Assembly: GCA_034226945.1 (NCBI GenBank)
Contig: CP120453.1
Location: forward strand, 682,001-746,000
Length of the DNA stretch: 64,000 nt
Source: Picochlorum sp. SENEW3
Taxonomy: Eukaryota
Direction of reading: 5' to 3'
Part shown: positions 54,541 through 64,000 of the stretch, piece after piece
Position numbering within the stretch: position 1 is the stretch's first letter
Layout: each line of letters begins with the position of its first letter
Notes under the pieces: generated by a model
What the model was told of the DNA's origin: nothing
Database searches by the model: none
Seen by the model: the letters and a program-made list of their open reading frames with translations, nothing else
Position numbers and translations under genes: made by a program

Positions 54541-57423
54541 TTATCCAGAGCACATGGTGCATGCATCCTTGTTCTCGATGCTGCAGACCATGGCAGCAAG
54601 TTGTCTCTCCTTCTCAGCTTCGGCATCAAGCTCTGCTGCAGTCTTCTTTGGCCTTTGAATGGATTTGTTCTCCTTTGCTTGAGAGTCTGTGGATGCAGCA
54701 CGGGAGAGCCGGTCGCTCTTCTTCTTTTGGAGTGCTTGTTGGTCGACAGTGAACTTGATCGCGTCTGCAGCGGCACGCGTTCTGAGATAATACATTCCAG
54801 TCTTGAGTCCCTTCTTCCAAGCGTGGAAATGAAGAGACGTCAATTTGCCAAAGTTTGGATCAGACATGTGCACATTGAAAGATTGAGATTGGTCAATGTA
54901 TGCTCCTCTGTCGGCAGCCATATCCACCAAGACACGTTGCTTGATCTCCCATACAGTCTTATAAAGGCTCTTAAGGTTGTCTGGAATGTCCAAGTCCAGC
55001 ACTGAGCCGTTTGATGCCACCATTTCATTCTTCACAGAGGCATCCCAAAGACCCAAGCTTGTCAAATCACTAAGAAGATGCTGATTCACCACTGTGAACT
55101 CTCCTGAGAGAACTCTTCTGACATAAATGTTTGAAGTGTATGGCTCGAAGCACTCATTGTTCCCGAGAATCTGGGATGTTGATGCTGTTGGCATTGGTGC
55201 TACAAGCAAGGAGTTTCTGACACCGTGGGCAGAGATGCTTGCCCTGAGCTCACTCCAATTCCACCTTGAAGATGGCTCAACACCCCACATATCTGGCTGC
55301 AATATACCCTTGGAGACTGGAGAGCCTTCATATGATTCGTATGTCCCATCCACCTCGGCAATTTCACAAGATGTCTTGAGGGCAGCATAGTAAATTGTCT
55401 CAAAGATGTCCTTATTCAATTGCGTAGCTTCTGGCGAGTCGAATGGAAGACCCAACAGGATGAAAGCGTCAGCAAGCCCCTGCACTCCCAAACCAATTGG
55501 TCTGTGCCTTTTGTTTGATCTGCGTGCAGTCTCCACAGGGTAGTAGTTGACATCAATGATCTTGTTGAGATTTTTCGTCACCACCTTTGTCACTTCTGCA
55601 AGCTTCTCAAAGTCGAAATATCTGTTTCCTGCATCCAGGGATCCAACCAATTTCTTTCCCTCACGACCATTAGGCTCAGTTTCCCTAACAAATCGTGGTA
55701 ATGCAATGGATGCAAGGTTGCACACTGCAGTTTCATCCGGGCTTGTGTACTCAATGATTTCAGTGCACAAGTTACTGGATTTAATTGTGCCCAAGTTCTG
55801 TTGATTAGACTTTCTGTTGGCAGAATCCTTGAAGAGCATGTAAGGATTTCCCGTCTCAACTTGAGCTTCGAGGATGGCAAACCAAAGCTGTTGGGCCTTG
55901 ATGGACTTACGAGCACGTCCCTCGCGTTCATATTTCAAATATAATTCTTCAAATTGTTCTCCCCAGCAGTCGGCAAGACCAGGGGCTTCATTTGGACAAA
56001 ACAAGGACCACTCTCCTCCAGCTTCAACCCTTTGCATAAAGAGATCTGGGATCCACAACCCGTAGAACAAATCTCTTGCCCTCGCTTCTTCTTTGCCGTG
56101 ATTCTTCCTCAATTCAAGCCAGTCGAAAATATCAGCGTGCCAAGGCTCCAAGTACATGGCAAACGCTCCTTTTCTCTTCCCCCCTCCCTGATCAACATAT
56201 CTGGCCGTGTCATTGAACACACGGAGCATAGGTACAATACCATTCGAAGTTCCATTTGTTCCACGAATATAAGAACCAGTCGCTCTGATATTATGCATAG
56301 ACAGACCGATGCCCCCTGCACTCTTGGAGATGCAAGCACACTCCTTCAGAGTGTCATAAATGCCTTCAATACTATCATTCTTCATGCAGATCAAAAAGCA
56401 CGAAGAAAGCTGAGGGCGTGGAGTACCGGCATTGAACAGAGTTGGAGAGGCATGCGTGAACCATCTCTGAGACAGCAGGTGGTATGTCTCAATGGCTGCA
56501 TCAATATTCTCCTTGTGGATTCCAACTGAAACTCTCATGAGCATGTGCTGTGGCCTCTCCACGACACGACCATTGACCCTGAGCAAATATGAACGCTCCA
56601 GAGTTTTGAAACCAAAATAATCGTAATCGAAATCACGATCGTAGACAATCTCCGAGTCCAAGCGAGCCGAGTGCTCCTCCACAATCTGGGCCACATCCTC
56701 TGCAATGAGAGGAGATGGCTCTCCATTCTTTGGATTGATATGGTTGGCCATGATTCGGATTGTTTCTGAAAAGGACTTGAGCGTATTCTTGTGCAAGTTT
56801 GACACGGCAATACGAGCAGCAAGTTGGGCATAATCAGGGTGCGTTGCTGTCAGAGAAGCTGCAGTCTCAGCTGCCAACTCATCGAGCTCCGTCGTTGTCA
56901 CGCCCTTGTACACTCCTGCAGTGACCTTTTGAGCTACCAAAACCTGTACATGACAAGAGATTCAATCACATGAGTCCTCTGAATTGTTAGTATTGGGCAA
57001 AGCTCGCTGAAACTCCTTCCTTCCCATCAAATGCAAAGATCGAGCGGACATTGCCGTCTACGACAGTCTCATAACAACGACCACCAACTTTGAACCCTGC
57101 TTGACGCAGCGCTCAGATTTCTCTGCTCTAACCCCATTAATAATACACGTACCGGGTCACAGAAATCAGTATTAAGACCATAGGACAGCTTGGTGATGCG
57201 TGCAGTGATTTTATCAAAGTGCACCGGCTCTTGCCGTCCGTCGCGTTTAATTACATACTGCAAACCAAGCCAATGAACCATCGGATTAGAACCACCATTT
57301 CTATTGTGATCAAGTATTTCGAAAATGCCATATATCGATCCAGGCAACGACCCATACGAGACGACGAAAGGGACTACCACATGGACCAAGGTCTGGCCAA
57401 CCAACTCAAACAACACGCACCAT
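54541..57423 (-). CDS. RNR1: Ribonucleoside-diphosphate reductase large subunit; introns 57258-57420 and 56944-57152
   Basis: ATP cone (M|YVIKRDG..FDKIT), [30 protein letters not shown] and C-terminal CxxC (CTMCSG); the first coding exon is the ATG only. Confidence 0.97.
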
Positions 57424-57986
57424 TATTTCTGTGAAGGACGTATGATGCGATTCTTCCTGGAAATTACTTTAATAATCCAACACAAAATTTATGTGCTCCT
57501 GGCACAGGTGGCCACGGCCATTCATTCGACAGCAGAAAACAACAATGAGATTTCAAAATTTTCACAGTACCAGATGGTACTGTGGACAACAACTGTCTTC
57601 TCCAGCCTATGGGCAGAAAACCATCCCATTGTTGTTCAGTAGTATGGCCATAGTTTGATCTTCACCATATCAAAAAGCTCCCATGGTGGCTACTCGTGCA
57701 GATGGTCAATGGTGGCAATGGCAATCCTGGTGGTCAAACATGCCATCTTTTGACCAGTCGGTCTTCTTCTACATTGGCCATGAACCCGTCCCCTCATTGG
57801 CCGATGCCCAATGAATGAACTGTTTTTGTTTCTCTACTACTGAGACATAGAGTATTTGGAGGTTATTTCCTACAGCCAATCTGTTTTACATGACCGCATA
57901 CATGATTCAGCAATGGTGGGTTGGTTTTTTTTTGGGAACTGGAGATTTGTCAAGTTTGTGAACAGTGCACTCATGATACTATGTAG

Positions 57987-59833
57987 ATGAATGCAATACT
58001 ATCGTTTTTTGTTGTCTGTATGCTCGTAAGACCATGTACTCCGCGTGATATGGGGAGCATCGCTGGGGCAGTAGAGAAGGCAAAGCACTCTGACGGACCC
58101 ACGATGAGGAATCCGTCTGCTTTGTCGCAGCAGCATCCAAAGCGTGTCCTGGTAAAATGGAGGGACGATGCGCTTACAGCAATTTCTTTAGATACGGGAG
58201 ATGATTGTGGCCTGGAGAGGGACAGAGCTGCAGTAAGGTTTCCGTACAGCAGGCTTGATGCCCCTGAGGATGGCAATACTGAGAGATTGCTTCACTCTCT
58301 CAAATCGGATATGCGTGCGTTGAAAGCATTATTGAAATAGTATCTGGTGTTGTACGATATACATATATATATCCTTTGTTGTCTCCAGGTATCGAATATG
58401 CCGAGCCAGACTACATGGCCTTTTCTCTGGGTCAAAGCACATCCTATCCGGATGATCCCTATTATGACAACCTTTGGCATCTGCATGCTATAAATGCACA
58501 AACAGCGTGGAGAGTATCTCAAGGATCTAAAGAAGTCCGAGTTTGTGTGGTTGACTCTGGAATAGATTCAGATCACGAAGATTTGAATGGCAACATCGAA
58601 AACCCAGGATTTGATGCCATGCAGAACCAAGCAACACTCCACGACAGCAATGGCCATGGCACGGCGTGCACTGGTATTTTGGGAGCTATGTCCAATAACA
58701 CCAAAGGAATTACAGGCACTATGTGGCATGCAAATATATTAGGATGCAGATTTCTGGATGCTGACGGACATGGATATTTGTCTGATGCGATCAAATGCAT
58801 GCAATGGTGTGTGGAGAATGGAGCACACATCATAAACCATTCCTGGGGGACATATTCGTATTCTAAATCCCTGAAAGATTCAATGAAATACTTGTCAGAA
58901 CAATATGGGGTGCTATTTGTGGCTGCAGCGGGCAATGAAGCCCTTGACAACGATGGAGACACCCCCATGTACCCAGCTGCTCTCAACCTGTCGAGCATGA
59001 TAACCGTCGCAGCCACAGACCAAACTGACTCTTTAGCCTCCTTTTCCAATTTTGGAGAGTATTCTGTAGATATTGCTGCGCCAGGGGTCGATATTCTTTC
59101 AACAATACCGCATAATTCGTATTCTTGGTTTTCTGGTACCTCTATGGCAGCTCCATTAGTGAGTGGGACAGCCGGTCTCATTCGTTCTCTAACCAGTCAG
59201 AATCCATCTCCTCAAGTTCTTAAGCAGCTTGTACTAGAATCATCTAGTTCTTTCTCTTCATTGCGTGGTAAAATAGCGAATGGGAGGTTTCTGAATGTAT
59301 CAAGAACGATCGAACAGGCCCAACAGTACTTTTGGAGACCAAGTATGACCAACAATTCAACCCTGCAGAACATGTTTGCACATTCAAGGTCTTTGGATAT
59401 CAGAAAACTTCCATTCAAGTCCAAGTGGTATAATATCCTGGACAATGAAAGCCTGCACTTCTCAGTTGGCCCAGAGATTGACGCTTTTTGCCCTGAAAGC
59501 AGGTATCCCAGATACAATTTCAAAAACTACTTGACAGACACGTTAATTCCGAAACATTGGTTCTTGCTCGAACACGGGAATATAGAACGAGGAATCCTGA
59601 CAGTAGATACATGCATTCAGCCACATGAAGACCCATGGGACTCCCTGTTGATTGTTTTAGACTGTGATGCTCAGTTCAAGACTTGTAGCTGCAGAGCAGA
59701 CAATGATGGATGCGGCAAGCGGCAGAGAGGCAGCAAAATTCGCTTCAAAGCACGTGCCAATCGATACTATGCAGCCATTGTCATGCCTGGAGATCCAATT
59801 GGTGGCGGTCAGTACAAGATTCGAGTTCGTTGA
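57987..59833 (+). CDS. Secreted subtilisin-like serine protease (S8) with C-terminal Cys-containing domain; intron 58315-58388
   Basis: Signal peptide, prodomain ending IEYAEPDY, catalytic triad VVDSG / NGHGT / SGTSMAAP, oxyanion AAAGN. Confidence 0.9.
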
Positions 59834-60014
59834 ATTCATCAACCGTCGCCCACTGGGTAGCATTCGTGATGCCACCAGTCACAGCCATGCGTTGATGGGA
59901 CATGGCGACCAACTCGTTTCAACCGATTCAAATTTGGATTGACTGGATTCAATATTCAATATTTATCTTCAATCTACTTGTCTAAATACAATATATAGGT
60001 TCTAAAGTGTGAAA

Positions 60015-61727
60015 ATGTTCTCAAAAGCACAGCTAGACACGTTTAGTCAGACTCTCAACCGCAAGCGGATTACACAGGCTACGTTTGACGACGCTGTGAG
60101 AGAAAATGTCGAGGAATTTGATATGGAGGTATGACCATACGGCGATATGCATCTATAGAGGTGTCTCTACTTGTTGGTTCCTGGTTAGGAGCACGGAATG
60201 AAATGAAATATGAACTGAACAAGTCACCAAGTTTTGATTGTGGGCTGTGCATATCCTGTAGGTTGAGGAGGCTGTGAGTAGTGCGATAGAGGAGTTTAAG
60301 AGCCAGGGGGTAGATCTTTCGAACGTATACACCGGGGTTGGTCTCCAGTCCCACCAAGCCTTTGTATTGTCCAATCAGATGCGCGAGCACATTGACCAGA
60401 AAGATTTTGATTCTCTGGAAGTATCTGTCTCTTCACTTCATAAAGAGATTCATAAGCATATTGAAGAAGACAATTCCGACCAAATTCAATCACTCATAGC
60501 AGTTCTTTTGGCCGCTGAAACGTGTGCTTTGTTTGAGTTGGGACTTGATGCACTCCAAGCAGATGACATGGAGGTTCTGTTGGTGCAATTCCTGGACTTG
60601 TTTTCGGCCGTATTGGCGCTCTCATCAGATATTCGCGAGAATTTCAGAAAACTAGATGGCGTGAAAAAGATTCCCATGTCTCATCAGAATTCTCGCATCA
60701 AATGCGCTGCTCTGTCAGTTGCCTCCTCAACAGCAATAAAGGATGAGGCTGGAAAGGCTGCTGTCATGTCGACAAGTCCATGGGAAGACATCATTCAGAC
60801 ACTTCGTGTAGCTAAATATTCTTCAGATCATTCGCATATTGCTGTGCAATCCACCTCGTCGTTAATAGTGGCTCTCACAACAGCTGATGACATGACACAA
60901 CCAAGTTCCAGGTATGTCCTTTTGCCTGCAGATTGTCCCTGTAAATGAGCGCGAGTAAATCGTATCTTACACAAGAAATATCTTCATCTCTCTGCAGTGC
61001 ATTTTCTAATGCGCGAAAATTAGCCCAAGAAGGTGTCGCGGCCTCTCTCGTGGACGTATTGAACATGCTCTGGGAAGAGCAGCCTACTGGCAATGAGGCT
61101 TTCCAGATCTCCTGCCATCTCTGTGCTGCCCTCAAAGTTCTGGCAGCCAACGACGATATATGCAAAGAATTAGTAGATCAAGGAATACTGGATACGTTAT
61201 TCACCATTCTCCGGTCCAGTTTGGTGCATGCTTTACAAGCACAGACAGACTTGACTGCTTCGGCCTTGGGGTTGCTTCGGCAAATGCTCGCCAGTGACCA
61301 CGTAAAATTCAGTGTTGACACACAGGAACTCGTTGATATTGTATCTTCAATACTTCAAATGTATTTGGATGACGCCTTTGACGATACAAGGGTCACTGAG
61401 CATGCGTTTGGATCCATCACTGCATTGTGCCTTAGAAATCCCGAAGCATCTGAACTGACTGTCGATAATGGCTGCGCAAAATTAATCGTGGCATCGATGC
61501 AGACCTTGATGGATCGAAAATCAGGCTCCAAGACACCGCATAATGGTATTGCAAAGAGTCTGCGCCAAGGCTGCATGGCCCTCAGAAACATTGCATCCAG
61601 GAGCCAAAGTGTCAGGAAACCTCTCCAGAGTTATAACGCTGTTGACGTGATTGAGAATGCTAAAGTCGCTGCCAAGGCAGCTTGTACAGATGTTGGAGAT
61701 GCTGCCATCAGAGACATATGCGCATAG
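60015..61727 (+). CDS. ARMC6: Armadillo repeat-containing protein 6-like; introns 60129-60261 and 60912-60997
   Basis: N-terminal KRITQATFDDAVRENVEEFDM..AIEEFKSQGVDLSN signature and ARM repeats (LCLRNPE, CMALRNIASR). Confidence 0.85.
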
Positions 61728-61976
61728 CTCTGTGGCTGTGGAACAGTTCATCATCAGAGCAGAGTGAGCAAGGAGCCCAAGGCCGTCGGCGCATTCGCCT
61801 CACGAGATCCGTGAACATAGATATGATACGCTTTTCTTGCAAGAATGACTCTTTATAGTATTTATTAGATATCTAGTATTTGCATAATGCGTGATATGAC
61901 ATCTATGTAAAGTTCGCTCGTCAGTTGAGAGGAAGATCTACGAACTCGGGTTCCCTTCACAGTCAGCAACGCAGCG

Positions 61977-63565
61977 ATGATGGCCATCAAGAGCTCTAAA
62001 AAACCAAGGTATGTCTTCTTTTTGGTCTTGAATCGGAGAGTATGCATTCACCCCTCGTTTCTCTGTGCAGAGCGTTGGTTAGGTTTATCAATATTGTGCT
62101 TATTCTCGTGTTCGCGGCAATTCTGTTCGTGTACGGCGAATCGTTTTCTAGGTATGTGCATTTTTTGCTCAATTATAAACAGTTTTGATATTCTGGTATG
62201 TATGGTATACCTTTGAATGCAGAAATGTGTTGGAAGGTGCCTCTGTGCTGCAACAGCAGGCAGTTGCGTCACCAGTAGAAAAGCCTTCAGAGTCTTTGGA
62301 CGACAACCATACAACTAAAACTGTATTACAGACCGAAACATCACCACCTGTTACAACTGTGAGTCCACCCCAGAAAGAGAAGGACATTGTAGATGAGGTG
62401 AAGCCACTGCAAGAGGAGAAGAGGGCAAAGGAAGAATCAGTGCAAGTGCCCACAGAACCCTCCCAAGAAGATGAGGATTATGATGAGCCTGAAGAAGCCG
62501 ACAAGACTCAAAACGACACGGATTCTGATGGGAGCGAATTCCTCAAAGTCCTTGAGAAATGCAGGGACTTGATCTGCATTCAAGAGGCGCATGCAAAGCT
62601 CCCCAGGAGTTCCGACATGTTCAACTTTCCACACTTTATGATTATCGGATTCCAGAAGGCAGCGACAACGTCATTAAAACAGTACGTGACATTCTTTTTT
62701 AAATGCAAGGGAGAAGGTGTATACCATGTAGCGACTTTATGACTGCAGGTATTTAGAGAAGCATTCCCACATCATCAAACCAATGGTGAAAGAACCAAAC
62801 TTTTTCCCATACGACTGCAAGGAAAAACCACCAGAGAAGTGCAGTGCGGCAAACACAACAAAATATATCACCAAAACATTACATCTTCAGCGATATATTG
62901 ACGCAAAGGGGCAAGTGGCCACGTTTGAAGCGAGCACCCATATTGTTAGGGCAGGGCATAATTTGGCCCACAGAATGGCCAAGCTCATGCCTTGGCTCAG
63001 GATTATCATTCAACTTAGGGAACCAATCTCTCGAGCAGCATCCATGTTGATTCACAATAAGGATGTCAATTCCTTGGGATGCCTGATGCGCCAGGATATG
63101 GGCCACTGCCTGCTTCATCACTCTCAGATCACAGAGAAATCCACAACATCGTATCAACCAATTACATACACAGAGGCCCTACAACCATGGATTGACGCAT
63201 TCCCAAGGGACCAAATCCATGTTATCCAATACGAAGCGCTCACAAGCGAGAAATATGGGGAATCAGAACTGAAACGTGTGAAGAATTTCATTGGTGTGGA
63301 TGTCAATGAACACATGCAAGGGCTTGGGCTTCAAAATGCTCGGCGCTTCAGGATCAATCCCGAAGGATGGACCCTCAAAAGAAGTGAGTACGAAGAGCTC
63401 CTTGACATCGTCAGACCAGACACAGATTCATTTCTGGAACTCTTGTATGACAATGATTTGATAGATGACACCACGGACTGGAAGGAGATTTGGGAAGAGA
63501 TCTGGACCTCCAATTTGGATACCTGCAAAAATGAGAAAAATCGGTGCAATATCATGCTCTCGTGA
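61977..63565 (+). CDS. Type II membrane sulfotransferase (heparan sulfate 3-O/NDST-like fold); introns 62009-62070, 62152-62222, 62682-62748
   Basis: TM anchor in exon 2, 5'-PSB loop PHFMIIGFQKAATTSL, KEPNFF, 3'-PB LREPISRAAS, FPRDQIHVIQYE. Confidence 0.85.
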
Positions 63566-63675
63566 AAACGATTTTTATTTAGTAGAATAGATTTTAATGA
63601 TATATTGGAATTTTTTATCTCTTTAGAGGATGAATACGTTCAAAATAGCGTCGTTCCATTGACCGTTGCAACGAC

Positions 63676-64000
63676 ATGTCACAACACCGTTTGGGTACGA
63701 CACGATGCTTTCTCGACCAAGATATACTGGATATAACCAACCTTGCATACTTTTACAGGCATTTGTGAGACACCATTTACCTGGTCTCGGCTACAGGATG
63801 TGATTCAAGATGGTTCTTTGGAGGCTCTCAGCACTCTTGGGAGGACACCTGAGGTTTGGAGAGAATACCGCGATTTTAAAAACTCATACATACTGCAGCA
63901 TTATGCTTCTACGGTGGATTATCTCATGATACAGATTTTTCAATGCCCGTGCACGACAAACAATGGTATGCATTGAGTTTTTCCTTCTTGACATGGCAGG
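63676..64000 (+). CDS. Partial gene running off the window, DUF3605-like (tentative); intron 63695-63758
   Basis: FTWSRLQDVI..LGRTPEVWREY..YASTVDYL resembles the DUF3605 N-terminus; next donor gtatgc near 63967. Confidence 0.5.

Overview
Eukaryotic nuclear DNA from a very gene-dense green alga. Evidence: short GT-AG introns (about 65-210 nt), TGTAA-type poly(A) signals and many genes with plastid transit peptides. A Picochlorum-like trebouxiophyte is my inference, not a database result. About 39 protein-coding loci were reconstructed by splicing the ORF track by hand. They include LONRF, organellar TopA, RSL1D1, APRT, MPND, PRL1, complex I B14.5b, RPN6, two PP2Cs, ITPA, HCF173, GSA, PIG-M, VTE6, CLT, CHLM, NHX, OAS-TL, MnmE, an aspartic protease, RNR1, a subtilase, ARMC6 and a sulfotransferase. 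No rRNA, tRNA, CRISPR array or recognisable transposon was found. Highlights: (1) a bacterial-type topoisomerase IA whose spliced C-terminus carries two tandem HMG boxes, a TFAM/Abf2-like nucleoid module invisible in the ORF track; (2) a tandemly and internally duplicated orphan gene family with a hypervariable centre, a zinc-finger-like motif and a conserved upstream 20-mer; (3) a plastid-type fusion of a degenerate sigma54-activator AAA+ domain with a 4Fe-4S membrane domain; (4) a candidate bicistronic RSL1D1-APRT locus with a 27-bp gap; (5) three single-base lesions that may be assembly errors or real alleles.
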